Source: an uncultured Planctomycetia bacterium
GTDB lineage: Bacteria > Omnitrophota > Gorgyraeia > 1-14-0-20-64-10
Assembly: GCA_964373715.1 (NCBI GenBank)
Contig: CAYJVR010000002.1
Coordinates: 5,714-69,713 of the forward strand
DNA length: 64,000 nucleotides
Direction of reading: 5' to 3'
Of the stretch, positions 16,302 through 25,916 are shown one piece after another. Both the position numbers and the translations under genes were made by a program. Numbering within the stretch: position 1 is the stretch's first letter; each line of letters opens with the position of its first letter. Under the pieces are notes generated by a model. The model ran no database searches. It had not been told where the DNA came from and saw only the letters and a program-made list of their open reading frames with translations.

Positions 16302-16945
16302 ATTTCCGAGAGGTTACCCGTTGGGCGGGAGCGGTCATACTCGGAGTTTTCGTGTCCGCGGGTCTATGGAGCCAAAGTATCTTGGCCGGAGAGAAGATGG
16401 GACAAGAGTTGAAGAAAGCGGCGTTTGGCGCCGGTTGTTTTTGGGGGGTGGAAAAGATTTTTTCCAAGGTGGACGGCGTGGTAGTGACCCGGGTGGGATA
16501 CGCGGGAGGGACAGTCCAGAACCCCGGTTACGAGCAGGTATGCGCTGGCCGGACGGGCCATGCTGAAGCGGTGGAGGTGACGTATGATCCTTCCCGCATT
16601 AGCTACGAAGAGCTCCTGATCACCTTTTGGGAATGGCACGACCCGACGACGTTCAACCGGCAGGGGCCGGATGTCGGCACGCAGTACCGCTCGGTCATTT
16701 TTACGCATGATGCCGAACAAAAGAAAGAGGCCGAACGGTCAAAACAGCTTTTGGAAAAAGCCCGGACCTATAAAAGTCCGATCGTCACCCAGATCGTCGC
16801 CGCGGGCGAGTTTTACACGGCCGAAGAGTACCACCAGAAATACCTGGTCAAGAACCCGGACGGCTACTGTTCCCACCACTTGCAGACCCCTAAAGTGCGC
16901 GAGATTTTAAAAGGCAAGGTAGCGTCGCAGCCGTCGCCCAAATAG
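16295..16945 (+). CDS. msrA: Peptide methionine sulfoxide reductase MsrA (probably exported)
   Basis: GAGCFWGVE active-site motif and a conserved C-terminal region; GTG at 16295/16298 would give a signal-peptide-like N-terminus (AGAVILGVFVSAGLWSQSILA) and overlaps the GIY-YIG stop. ATG 16397 is the alternative cytoplasmic start. Confidence 0.75.
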   Translation: MVNFREVTRWAGAVILGVFVSAGLWSQSILAGEKMGQELKKAAFGAGCFWGVEKIFSKVDGVVVTRVGYAGGTVQNPGYEQVCAGRTGHAEAVEVTYDPSRISYEELLITFWEWHDPTTFNRQGPDVGTQYRSVIFTHDAEQKKEAERSKQLLEKARTYKSPIVTQIVAAGEFYTAEEYHQKYLVKNPDGYCSHHLQTPKVREILKGKVASQPSPK

Positions 16946-16948
16946 CCG

Positions 16949-18406
16949 ATGGATGATAACAGCGTTGCAAGCGCGGAATGTCAAAAAACGCTTCGCCAGA
17001 GTCGGTTCCGGCTCTGGTTTCTGCTCAATATCCTTGCTGTTGTGCTGGGGATAGGGTTAACCATCTGGTGCTATAACCCCGGTTACATTGATTACGATTC
17101 TTTATGGCAGCTCAATGAGGCCCGCAAGCACCAACTCGATGTCGTCCATCCGCCCCTGTCGAGTTTCCTCTGGGGATGGTTTGACTCGATCATCCCCGGC
17201 CCTTTCCTAATGCTTCTTTTTCAGAACCTCCTTTTCTGGATAGGCCTCGGGCTTGTTATTGGATTGTCTCTGGAGGGTTCGTTTTTGTCCCCGTTTATTA
17301 TTTTTGGGATAGGGCTCTATCCGGTTGTTTCCATCAATCTCGGGACAATCTGGAAGGATACCAGCATGGCGGGTTCTCTGCTGCTGTGCTGCGGACTGCT
17401 GCTTTTGACCCAGAGAAACCGGTCGAAATGGGCTTTTGCCGGAGTACTGGTAAGTTTGTATTATGCGCTGGCGGTCCGCCACGATGCGTTCCCCGCGGTG
17501 TTTCCTATGGCGCTGTGGACAGGATGGGTCGCCTGGGAGCTGTTCCTTCCGGCCGTGGCCGCCGGCCGATTGAAAAGGCTGGTTTCCGGGGTGTGCATTT
17601 TTTCCCTGCTCTGGATTTTGGTGGGAGCGACAAACAAAGCGCTGGCTCCTCAGGGGGTCCGTTTTGTCAAAACGTTGCCGTGGTCGGCGCAGACAGTCTT
17701 TATCCATGATCTTGTGGCCGTGTCGGTGGCCACCGGGCATGTGCAGATGCCGGCCTATCTCAAATTGCCGGATAATCAGGCCTCTCTTCGGTATTTGGAG
17801 AACCTGTATGCTCCTGAAGATGTCTACCCGCTTTTTTGGGTTCTACCGGGGACCCGTGCGAGGCCGCCTAAGTTGCCTTTAAGTCACGACCCGAAACATC
17901 TGGAGGAGCTTTTCTTGACATGGAAAAAGGTCATTCCGGCGCATCTGCCGGTATATCTTCGGCACCGGTGGGTGGGGTTTAAGTTTTTTATGGGGTCTGA
18001 GGGAAAATATTCCGGCCGATATCTTTTTACTAATGAGAGGCACTTAAAGCTGATTGGGATACCATTTAAACCGTCGCCGCTCAATACGCGGATGATGGGA
18101 TGGCTTTCCTCCTTGAGAAAAACAGTTTTCTTTAAAGGGTGGCTTTATTTCTGGACAATCGCGGTGCTTCTGTTTTTTGCAGTTCTGTTTTTTTCGGAAC
18201 ATACCGCCTTGAGTGTTGTTTTAGGCGCGGGGGCCATTTTGCGCATGCCGATATTTTTCTTTTTTGGCGGGTCGCCCTATTTTCGTTATCATTTCTGGAC
18301 TGTATGCACGGCGCTGGTGCTGCTCGTTATTTTTCCGGCGCAGCTGATGGCCGCAAGACGCGCCGCCGGAAAGGGGCTCTTCGGAAAAAAGGGAGAAACA
18401 GGATGA
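16949..18406 (+). CDS. Polytopic membrane protein, possible GT-C-fold glycosyltransferase (ArnT/PMT-like)
   Basis: 485 aa; ~11 hydrophobic helices with a large loop after the first helices; family assignment is only by architecture. Confidence 0.35.
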   Translation: MDDNSVASAECQKTLRQSRFRLWFLLNILAVVLGIGLTIWCYNPGYIDYDSLWQLNEARKHQLDVVHPPLSSFLWGWFDSIIPGPFLMLLFQNLLFWIGLGLVIGLSLEGSFLSPFIIFGIGLYPVVSINLGTIWKDTSMAGSLLLCCGLLLLTQRNRSKWAFAGVLVSLYYALAVRHDAFPAVFPMALWTGWVAWELFLPAVAAGRLKRLVSGVCIFSLLWILVGATNKALAPQGVRFVKTLPWSAQTVFIHDLVAVSVATGHVQMPAYLKLPDNQASLRYLENLYAPEDVYPLFWVLPGTRARPPKLPLSHDPKHLEELFLTWKKVIPAHLPVYLRHRWVGFKFFMGSEGKYSGRYLFTNERHLKLIGIPFKPSPLNTRMMGWLSSLRKTVFFKGWLYFWTIAVLLFFAVLFFSEHTALSVVLGAGAILRMPIFFFFGGSPYFRYHFWTVCTALVLLVIFPAQLMAARRAAGKGLFGKKGETG

Positions 18407-19101
18407 GTCTGGGAATAAGGTACCTTCTGGTCGCGGGCGCGCAGTTGGTGTTTACGCTCGCGCTCTATTTTCTCGGGGTCCTTATCGTCGGGACGGCGGC
18501 GTTTCCGGGTGCTGTTTTGTGGTTGTGGGTCTGGGGGAAAGCGGCCGAGATCTCTTTTCACCTGCGCGTGCTGGCGGTCTGTTTCGGTTTCGCGGCCGCT
18601 TACTTTCTCTACGGGTTAAGCCTTATTTTTGTAGTCGGCGCTTTGAGGATCCTGTTCAGGCTGAACCTGAAGGAAGGTTCCTACCCGATGGTTTGCGCCG
18701 AGACCGCCCGGTGGGCCCTGACGAACGCGCTCTTTCTTCTCGTGACGGTCACCTTCATGGATTTCATCCTGCTGACTCCATGGGCGGCCCTCTTTTTCCG
18801 GCTGATGGGGGCGAAGCTCGGGAAGAACGTCCAGATCAACTCGAAGTTCTGCGCCGACCTGCCACTACTGGAGATAGGGGACAACTCCGTTATAGGAGGA
18901 CACGCCACCGTCATAGGCCATTCTTTCGAGAGGGACAGGCTCATTCTTAAAAAGGTGAAAATCGGCAGGAATGTGGTGATCGGGTTAAACAGCATCGTTC
19001 TTCCCGGGGCGGAGATCGGCGACGGAGCTCTCGTGGCCGCGGCCGCCATCGTGCCGAAAGAGACCCGCGTGCCGCCTGGGACGACCTACTTCGGGAAGTG
19101 A
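18403..19101 (+). CDS. Membrane-anchored hexapeptide-repeat (left-handed beta-helix) acyl/acetyltransferase
   Basis: Four N-terminal TM helices, then hexapeptide repeats (IGDNSVIGGHATVIGHS...IGRNVVIGLNSIVLPGAEIGDGALVAAAAIV); ATG overlaps the upstream stop (ATGA). Confidence 0.55.
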   Translation: MSLGIRYLLVAGAQLVFTLALYFLGVLIVGTAAFPGAVLWLWVWGKAAEISFHLRVLAVCFGFAAAYFLYGLSLIFVVGALRILFRLNLKEGSYPMVCAETARWALTNALFLLVTVTFMDFILLTPWAALFFRLMGAKLGKNVQINSKFCADLPLLEIGDNSVIGGHATVIGHSFERDRLILKKVKIGRNVVIGLNSIVLPGAEIGDGALVAAAAIVPKETRVPPGTTYFGK

Positions 19102-21704
19102 TCCTCAGAAGAGAACCACAGCCGGACGTCCCTGCTGTCCCGCAGTCTCCACGCGATGTTCGCCCGGATTGTTTCGAGAGACTGCTTCACGGTCCGTTCA
19201 GTTCCGGGAACGGGGTGCCTCCTGAAGAATTTCTTGACGTCGGAGAGCTGTTTTGCTGAGGTGAAACCGCATGTTGCCCCATCAATAACGCGCGTCATCA
19301 ATCCCAGTCCGCCGCCCGCGTAACGCTTTGTCAGGGTCTTCCAGTTTGATTTGATGAATTCCCACACTATGGGCCGGCCGATCCGGTTGCCGCCAAATCC
19401 GGCCAGCAGGATGAAGGTGTCCTGCGCTCTCACCCCGGAAGAGAGGGCGAAATCAAGCGCGCGGCGGATAATTTTTTTCCTCTTAAAACGGGCGAGCGCC
19501 CGGAGAACTCGGACCTTCTCTTCCTGCAGGCCCGATTTTTTGTAGATCCCGAGCAGTTTTTCGTAGTCGGCAGGTCCTCCGTGCTCGGCCACGATAGAAT
19601 AGACGGCCGAACGCAGGTCCGGCGCGAGGGTCCCTCCCCGGGTGAATTTCCGGAATCGATCTCCGGCCTCTCGGATTGTTTTTGGGTCCGCGTAATGGCC
19701 CATCCGTCCGATGACCAGCGACCGGAGCAGCCTCTCAAGATGGGAGTCGTCCGGTTTTGGGTTCCAGCCGAACCGCCTGTAAACGGGCCGGAAAAGCTCC
19801 CTTGAGAGCCGGTGCAGGGAATAAGAGATCCCTTCATTTTCGAAAATATTTTCTACCTCGGCGAGAGCTCCTCCAATGGTCAGCCAGACATTGTAATCGG
19901 TTTGATAAGAGAAGCCGATCGTGTTCCACAAGTCGATCGCGTCCGAGGTTCGGATGAAACCGGCCCGCGCGAGCGCCAGCGCGTCATCGGCAATACCTAA
20001 ACAGTCGACGGGCGCCAGCCGTTTATGGCGAATTGCGGCCAGCAGGTTCCGGAGCAGTTCTTCCGAATAGGCGGTCCGGTGGAACCCGCTTTGGCCCGGG
20101 TTGATCTTCAGCCATTTTTCAGCACTTTGCGGAAGCGTAAGACGCGTTTTCTTTGACCGTAGCGTGGAGAAAACCGGTTTTTTGGATCCGCCGAAGAGAA
20201 TGCCGACCGGGACGGTCCAGCGTTTCTTCGGGTCGGCGCTTCCATCGAAAAGAAAGCGTTTTTGTTCAATAAAAAGGGTTGTTCTACGGCCGGCCGGTTT
20301 CGATCCGGCGATCAGGACCGGATAGCCTTCCTGCTTCGTGAAGCTTGCCATCATCGCTTTGACCGGTTTTCCGGAGACCTCCTCCAATACGCTCCAGAGG
20401 TCCTGGGTTTTGGCGTTCTTGTAGCTGTATCTCTTCAGGTAGATCGAAAGCCCTCTTCGGAAGAGCGGTTCCCCCAGGTAATGTTCGAGCATCCGGTTGA
20501 CCGAGGAGCCTTTGCTGTAGGTGATTTCATCGAAGATTTCCCGGATTTCGTGCGGGTTTTGGACGGGGATCTCTATCGGGTGGCTGTTTTTTAGGCTGTC
20601 GTTGTGCAGCGCCGAGAGGTATTCGGTGGCGATATGCTGGTTCCAGATGCGCCAGGAGGGAAACTGCGCGTCCACCGCCTTGGGCCCCATGAACGAAGCG
20701 AACCCTTCGTTGAGCCACAGATCGGTCCACCATTCCATCGTGACGAGGTTGCCGAACCACTGATGCGCCAGCTCGTGATCAATCACCTCGGCGACCCGCT
20801 GGCGTGCCTGGGCGGAGGAGTTCTTTGGGTCCACGAGCAGAGCCGTTTCCCGGTAGGTGACCAGCCCCCAGTTTTCCATGGCGCCGGAAGCGAAATCGGG
20901 AAGGGCGACCATGTCCAGTTTCGGCAGCGCGTAGGGGATGCCGAACCATCGGGCGAAATAGGGCAGAGTATGAAGCGCCGTTTTTAAGGCGAAGAGCCCC
21001 TGCGCTTTTTTGCCGGGGGTCGTCCAAACCCGGGTGAGGACGCCGTTTTTGTCCCTGGACTGAGAGTATTCCAGATCGGCCACGACGAATGCCACCAGGT
21101 ATGTGGACATTTGAGGTGTCGGTTCGTAGACGATCCTCTTAAGGCCCGTTCCTGAAACAGGCGTTTCGCTGGAGACGGGCATGTTGGAAAGGGCCGTCAA
21201 ATGCTTGGGCACCCGAAGGGCCAAGCGGAACACCGCTTTTCGGTCCGGCTCGTCCCAGCAGGGAAAAGCGCGGCGGGCGTCGGTTGCTTCAAACTGCGTG
21301 GCGGCTCCCCAGCGTTTTTCTCCCCTGACATCGTAGGAGGTCCGGTAGAAACCGTGCATTTTGTCGTTGAGGGCGCCCTCGAACTCGAGATCAAGAAAAA
21401 AAGATCCGCGGGGACGGAAAGATTTCTCGAACCGGATCTCGGCCGTCTCCATTTTCAGGTTAGTGAAGATTTTTCCTGCCGGAGGGGGGACCTCTTTTGA
21501 GCTGAGCCGAAGGGACGCTCTCGTGATTTTCAACTCGAGTGCGTGCAGCACAATCTTTGAGAAGGGGCCTCTCGCTTTCAGGCAAACCGTTTCCTGCCCG
21601 CGGAAGGTGAATGCCTCGAGATCCGGTTCCAGCTCAATGGAATAGGAGATCGGTTCAAAGAACTTGTCGAGCCGGTAAGGGTTGCGCTTCATTTTAGCTC
21701 TCAT
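19086..21704 (-). CDS. pepN: Aminopeptidase N (M1 family zinc metallopeptidase)
   Basis: GAMENWG exopeptidase motif; HELAHQWFGNLVTMEWWTDLWLNEGFA zinc-binding HEXXH...E; 872 aa. Confidence 0.85.
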   Translation of the reverse strand: MRAKMKRNPYRLDKFFEPISYSIELEPDLEAFTFRGQETVCLKARGPFSKIVLHALELKITRASLRLSSKEVPPPAGKIFTNLKMETAEIRFEKSFRPRGSFFLDLEFEGALNDKMHGFYRTSYDVRGEKRWGAATQFEATDARRAFPCWDEPDRKAVFRLALRVPKHLTALSNMPVSSETPVSGTGLKRIVYEPTPQMSTYLVAFVVADLEYSQSRDKNGVLTRVWTTPGKKAQGLFALKTALHTLPYFARWFGIPYALPKLDMVALPDFASGAMENWGLVTYRETALLVDPKNSSAQARQRVAEVIDHELAHQWFGNLVTMEWWTDLWLNEGFASFMGPKAVDAQFPSWRIWNQHIATEYLSALHNDSLKNSHPIEIPVQNPHEIREIFDEITYSKGSSVNRMLEHYLGEPLFRRGLSIYLKRYSYKNAKTQDLWSVLEEVSGKPVKAMMASFTKQEGYPVLIAGSKPAGRRTTLFIEQKRFLFDGSADPKKRWTVPVGILFGGSKKPVFSTLRSKKTRLTLPQSAEKWLKINPGQSGFHRTAYSEELLRNLLAAIRHKRLAPVDCLGIADDALALARAGFIRTSDAIDLWNTIGFSYQTDYNVWLTIGGALAEVENIFENEGISYSLHRLSRELFRPVYRRFGWNPKPDDSHLERLLRSLVIGRMGHYADPKTIREAGDRFRKFTRGGTLAPDLRSAVYSIVAEHGGPADYEKLLGIYKKSGLQEEKVRVLRALARFKRKKIIRRALDFALSSGVRAQDTFILLAGFGGNRIGRPIVWEFIKSNWKTLTKRYAGGGLGLMTRVIDGATCGFTSAKQLSDVKKFFRRHPVPGTERTVKQSLETIRANIAWRLRDSRDVRLWFSSEDHFPK

Positions 21705-21723
21705 GGGTCTCCTTTAAGGCTGT

Positions 21724-22263
21724 ATGCAAAAGCCCATTCTAATATGTCTTCTGCTGAAAAGGGTTTCTTGCTTTATAATCGGTATCGTGAAGAGCGCAAG
21801 AATAGCACTCTTAGGGATTGTCTTTTGGCTCGGCGCAACTTTGGGCGCGTCTCCGGCATGCGCCGAGGAGCAGGAGGCGGCCGGCGCTGTCCGGGCGGAT
21901 GAATGGCTTCAGGAGCATCCGCTTAAAAACGGAGAGGAGATCCGGAGTGACGAACTCTGGCGCACGAAGCTCTCCAGCATCCATGTTGTCCAAATTCGGG
22001 CCGAGGAAAAGCCGCACATCCACAAGGACCATGACTTGATAGTGGTTCTCCAACGGGGAAACGGCACCCTTTTTATCGGCAACGCGCCTCTGAAAATTGC
22101 TCAGGGAAGCGCCGCCTCGATTCCACGCGGCGTTCCCCACGCTTTCATCAACGAATCTGCCGAACCAGCAGCTGCCTACGCGGTTTTCACACCGCCTTTC
22201 GATGGGCAGGATACGGTTCCGCTGGACGCGGGAAGCCCTCCCCAGCCGGTGAAGAAAGAGTAA
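21724..22263 (+). CDS. Exported cupin-domain protein
   Basis: Signal peptide (LGATLGASPACA/EE); cupin-like His motifs (HIHKDHDLIVVLQRGNG...GVPHAFIN). The true start may be an internal GTG (~21787). Confidence 0.5.
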   Translation: MQKPILICLLLKRVSCFIIGIVKSARIALLGIVFWLGATLGASPACAEEQEAAGAVRADEWLQEHPLKNGEEIRSDELWRTKLSSIHVVQIRAEEKPHIHKDHDLIVVLQRGNGTLFIGNAPLKIAQGSAASIPRGVPHAFINESAEPAAAYAVFTPPFDGQDTVPLDAGSPPQPVKKE

Positions 22264-22276
22264 ACCGCACAGGAAG

Positions 22277-22648
22277 ATGAAGATGCGCGCAGCGAAACAC
22301 GCAGCTGTTGTGACGGCGCTGGCCGTTCTTGGGGCGGTTTCCTCTTCTTTCGCGGATGACTACGGGACGGGGACGCCGATGAAAAAGAGCGTCGTTCCTT
22401 CGAAAACGATGGAGATCCAGCCAAAAACGGTTGTTGGGTCGGTCAGCGCTGTTGATCCGCAAAGCGGCATCTTTACGCTGGCGACCATCGAGGGGGAGGC
22501 CTGGACGATCCAGACCCGTCCGACGACAAAAATTTCAGCTGCCGGGAGACCGGCCACGATTTCCGAGCTGAAGGCCGGCAAGCAGGTGAAGGTGCGCTAC
22601 ATCTCGAATGGGAATACGCAGACCGCTCGTTCCGTCGAGATCCAGTAA
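22277..22648 (+). CDS. Small secreted hypothetical protein
   Basis: Signal peptide (AVVTALAVLGAVSSSFA/DD); ~95-aa beta-rich mature domain. Confidence 0.45.
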   Translation: MKMRAAKHAAVVTALAVLGAVSSSFADDYGTGTPMKKSVVPSKTMEIQPKTVVGSVSAVDPQSGIFTLATIEGEAWTIQTRPTTKISAAGRPATISELKAGKQVKVRYISNGNTQTARSVEIQ

Positions 22649-22664
22649 GCGTCTGGATAAAGCG

Positions 22665-23441
22665 ATGGGGAAAAACCTAAGAAATTTGTGGATAGGGATA
22701 GCGGCGACGTCGGTTTTTTTCTCTGGGTGCGCCGGGCCTCGGCATACAATTCAGCCACCGTTCGCGGCGTTTCCGGCACAGCCTTTAATTACTCCGGGAG
22801 AGGTGTTCACGCATATCGTACAGCCGAAAGAGACCCTCTGGTCTATCGGTAAGCGGTATGGTGTTTCTTATAGCGAGATTATGCGGGCGAACAACCTGAC
22901 CGATCCGACTCAGGTGCCGGCAGGACAGGCGCTGATCATCCCGCGCACCGATATTTTGTCGGTTCCCCGGATTCCTCTTTACCCGGCTACCCAGTGGGAT
23001 TACATCGTGATCCACCACAGCGATACCCTGAAAGGGGACGCTAAACTGCTGGATCGTATTCACCGCAAACGGGGATTTTTAAACGGCCTCGGATATCATT
23101 TCGTTATCGACAACGGCACGCTGGGCCGCTTGGACGGAGAAATTCAGGTCGGGCACCGCTGGCGCAGGCAGATGGAAGGGGCGCACTGCGACGCCGCGAA
23201 CATGAATTACCGCGGGATAGGGATTTGCCTCGTCGGGGATTTTATGGGCCACCGCCCATCGGACGCGCAGATGGAGTCGCTCGTCTCTTTAGTGGAACAG
23301 CTGCGCTCCTACTACAGCATTCCGGTGGCCCACATCCTGCGCCATAAAGATGTGCCCGGTAAGCACACCGCCTGTCCAGGGGACCGATTCCCCTGGGCGA
23401 AGCTTCAGGAACGTCTTTACCGGGACCAAGGAAGCTCTTAA
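22665..23441 (+). CDS. Lipoprotein with LysM domain and N-acetylmuramoyl-L-alanine amidase (amidase_2/PGRP) domain
   Basis: Lipobox FFSGC; LysM (HIVQPKETLWSIGKRYGVSYSEIMRANNL...AGQALIIP); amidase_2 motifs (YIVIHHSDT, GYHFVIDNG, NYRGIGICLVGDF, HTACPG). The track ORF starts at 22608; ATG 22665 is chosen. Confidence 0.7.
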   Translation: MGKNLRNLWIGIAATSVFFSGCAGPRHTIQPPFAAFPAQPLITPGEVFTHIVQPKETLWSIGKRYGVSYSEIMRANNLTDPTQVPAGQALIIPRTDILSVPRIPLYPATQWDYIVIHHSDTLKGDAKLLDRIHRKRGFLNGLGYHFVIDNGTLGRLDGEIQVGHRWRRQMEGAHCDAANMNYRGIGICLVGDFMGHRPSDAQMESLVSLVEQLRSYYSIPVAHILRHKDVPGKHTACPGDRFPWAKLQERLYRDQGSS

Positions 23442-23447
23442 CCCCTC

Positions 23448-24236
23448 TTGCAGTACGCCATTGTCTGCGCCGCAGCGCTCCTCGCCTCCGCGCTCACTTT
23501 TTTCTCCGGGTTCGGGTTTGGGACCCTGCTGATGCCGGTCTTCGCCGTTTTTTTCCCGGTGGAGGTGGCTATTGCCGCGACCGCGGTGGTCCATTTGGCG
23601 AATAATCTTTTTAAGGCGGCCTTAGTCGGACGCAATACGGATTTCAGAGTGGCCCTTCGTTTCGCGCTGCCGGCCGCTTTGTGCGCCGTCGCCGGAGCCC
23701 TTCTTCTGGACCGCTTCTCGGGCATTCCGCCGCTGGCCGGTTACACGCTGTCCGGCAGGGTTTACTCCGTGACGGCGGTCAAGCTGGTGATCGCTTTTCT
23801 GCTCGCCGTTTTCTCGTTCCTTGAGCTGAGCCCCCGGTTCAAGGATCTCGCGTTTGATCCGAAGCTGGTCCCGTTGGGGGGTGCGGTTTCCGGGTTTTTC
23901 GGGGGGCTTTCCGGGAACCAGGGGGCTCTGCGCAGCGCCTTTCTCATCCGGACCGGCTTGAGCAAGGAAAGTTTCATCGCCACCGGCGTCCTGTGCGCCG
24001 TTGTGATTGACGTCTCCCGCCTGCTGGTGTACGGTGCCGTTTTTTTCGGCAGGCATTTCGATATTTTGACGGCGCACGGGCAGGGGGGGCTGGTTGCCGC
24101 CGGAACGGCGGCAGCGTTCCTCGGGTCGTTCATAGGCTCGAAATTTCTCGCCAAGATAACGATGCGGATCGTTCAGCGGATCGTCGGATGGCTGTTGCTG
24201 CTGATCGCGCTTCTGCTTGGTGTGGGCCTGATTTGA
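23448..24236 (+). CDS. TSUP-family (TauE/SafE, DUF81) anion exporter
   Basis: Two-repeat polytopic architecture with G-rich helices (GFGFGTLLMP..., GGLSGNQGALRSAFL); TTG start. Confidence 0.65.
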   Translation: MQYAIVCAAALLASALTFFSGFGFGTLLMPVFAVFFPVEVAIAATAVVHLANNLFKAALVGRNTDFRVALRFALPAALCAVAGALLLDRFSGIPPLAGYTLSGRVYSVTAVKLVIAFLLAVFSFLELSPRFKDLAFDPKLVPLGGAVSGFFGGLSGNQGALRSAFLIRTGLSKESFIATGVLCAVVIDVSRLLVYGAVFFGRHFDILTAHGQGGLVAAGTAAAFLGSFIGSKFLAKITMRIVQRIVGWLLLLIALLLGVGLI

Positions 24237-24326
24237 AAGCCGCCAGTTCTGAGCCGGTCATGGGGACAATTGTAATACGATTCTGGCGGTTTTCGCACCG
24301 GTGAATCTTCGTGAGATAATGGCGCC

Positions 24327-25916
24327 GTGAATCCGCTTGATTTGCTGATCGAAACTTTGTGCGCAAGCCCGCTGGCGCGGCCTAAACAGCTCAGGGCGGT
24401 GAAAAACCGGTTTGCCAAGACAGCCGGCACGGCGCCCGTCTCCAATTCGGTTTTGCTGAGAGAATTCCGGGCCCAGGTAAAGGAGGGGCGGAGAGACCCA
24501 AATCCGCAGCTAGAGCGGGTTCTCACGCTCAATGCCGTCCGATCCGAGTCGGGGATCGTCGCCGTGACCGTGCTGACGAAACCGTACGCTTGCCCCGGCC
24601 GGTGCGTTTACTGCCCGACCGAAGAGAAGGCCCCCAAATCTTACCTGCCGGATGAGCCGCTCGTCATGCGGGCGCTCAACAACGGCTATGATCCTTACCG
24701 CCAGACATCGAGCCGCCTGAATGCTTTAGAAAATACCGGGCACCCGACCGACAAGATCGAGCTGATCGTCAAAGGAGGGACCTGGTCCTTTTATCCGGCA
24801 GAGTATCAGGCCGATTTCATCCGGCGTTGTTTTGACGCGGCCAACGGTTTCGGATCCGGGACGCTGCGCGAAGCCCATGAACGCAACGAAACGACCCACC
24901 GTCGGATCATCGGGCTGACGGTGGAGACTCGGCCCGATTACGTGACGCCCGGAGAGATCCTCCGTCTGCGGGAACTGGGAGTCACCCGGGTGGAGTTGGG
25001 CGTCCAGAGCCTGGAAGAGCGCATTCTTGAGCTGACCGTGAGGGACCACGGCACGGAGGCTGTCCGGAAAGCAACGAATTTGCTGAAGGAAGCCGGTTTT
25101 AAAGTGGCCTACCATATGATGCCGAACCTTCCCGGAGCGATGCCGGAGGACGACAGCAGGTCTTTCCGTAAGTTATTTGAAAATCCAAGCTACCGGCCGG
25201 ATGCGCTGAAGATCTATCCGTGCGTCGTCGTGAAATCGGCCCCTTTATACAGTTGGTGGAAAGAAGGCCGTTACCAGCCTTACGGAGATGATGTTTTGAC
25301 GGAATTGCTTGTCGAACTGAAAGCAAAGGTCCCTCCGTATGTCCGGATCGAGAGGGTGGTCCGGGACATTGCCGCCCCCGTGGTGGAGGCCGGCTGCCGG
25401 CAGAACAACCTCAGAGAGGAGGTTCTAAGGAGGATGAAAGAGAGGGGGATCTCCTGCCGGTGCATCCGCTGCCGGGAGGTCCGCTCCCACCCGGCGGCTG
25501 AGTTCCGGCTGGTGCGCCGTGACTACGAGGCATCAGGAGGGAAAGAAATCTTCCTGAGTTTTGAAGAGCCGCAGACGGAGAGACTGGCCGCGCTTTTGAG
25601 GCTCAGGATCTCCGCGCACTGTTTTTCAGGTGAGAAACCTCTTTTTGAAGAGCTCAAGGGGTTGGCGTTGGTCCGTGAATTGCACACCTACGGGAGGCAG
25701 CTTTCTTTAAGACAAAAAAATCCGGAGGCCTCCCAGCATCTGGGATTCGGCAAGAGGTTGATGGCTGAGGCAGAGAGAATAGCCAGCAACGAATTCGGCC
25801 TCTCCAAGATGGCGGTGATTGCCGGCGTCGGCGTCCGGGACTACTACCGGAAGCTGGGTTACCGTCTTATAGGTACCTACATGGTGAAGCAGCTAAACGA
25901 GCCTTTAGCGGGCTAA
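24327..25916 (+). CDS. Elp3-like radical-SAM plus GNAT protein (tRNA wobble-uridine carboxymethyl synthase family)
   Basis: Radical-SAM Cys cluster (YACPGRCVYCP); TIM-barrel-like middle; C-terminal GNAT-like fold (RLIGTYMVKQL); ~530 aa as in archaeal and bacterial Elp3 homologues. GTG start. Confidence 0.6.
   Translation: MNPLDLLIETLCASPLARPKQLRAVKNRFAKTAGTAPVSNSVLLREFRAQVKEGRRDPNPQLERVLTLNAVRSESGIVAVTVLTKPYACPGRCVYCPTEEKAPKSYLPDEPLVMRALNNGYDPYRQTSSRLNALENTGHPTDKIELIVKGGTWSFYPAEYQADFIRRCFDAANGFGSGTLREAHERNETTHRRIIGLTVETRPDYVTPGEILRLRELGVTRVELGVQSLEERILELTVRDHGTEAVRKATNLLKEAGFKVAYHMMPNLPGAMPEDDSRSFRKLFENPSYRPDALKIYPCVVVKSAPLYSWWKEGRYQPYGDDVLTELLVELKAKVPPYVRIERVVRDIAAPVVEAGCRQNNLREEVLRRMKERGISCRCIRCREVRSHPAAEFRLVRRDYEASGGKEIFLSFEEPQTERLAALLRLRISAHCFSGEKPLFEELKGLALVRELHTYGRQLSLRQKNPEASQHLGFGKRLMAEAERIASNEFGLSKMAVIAGVGVRDYYRKLGYRLIGTYMVKQLNEPLAG

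Noticed and set aside
24243-24289. Inverted repeat CCGCCAG...CTGGCGG upstream of the Elp3-like gene as a possible riboswitch or attenuator
   Set aside because: It is only a 7-bp stem with a 33-nt loop and has no recognisable riboswitch consensus. It is too weak to call.
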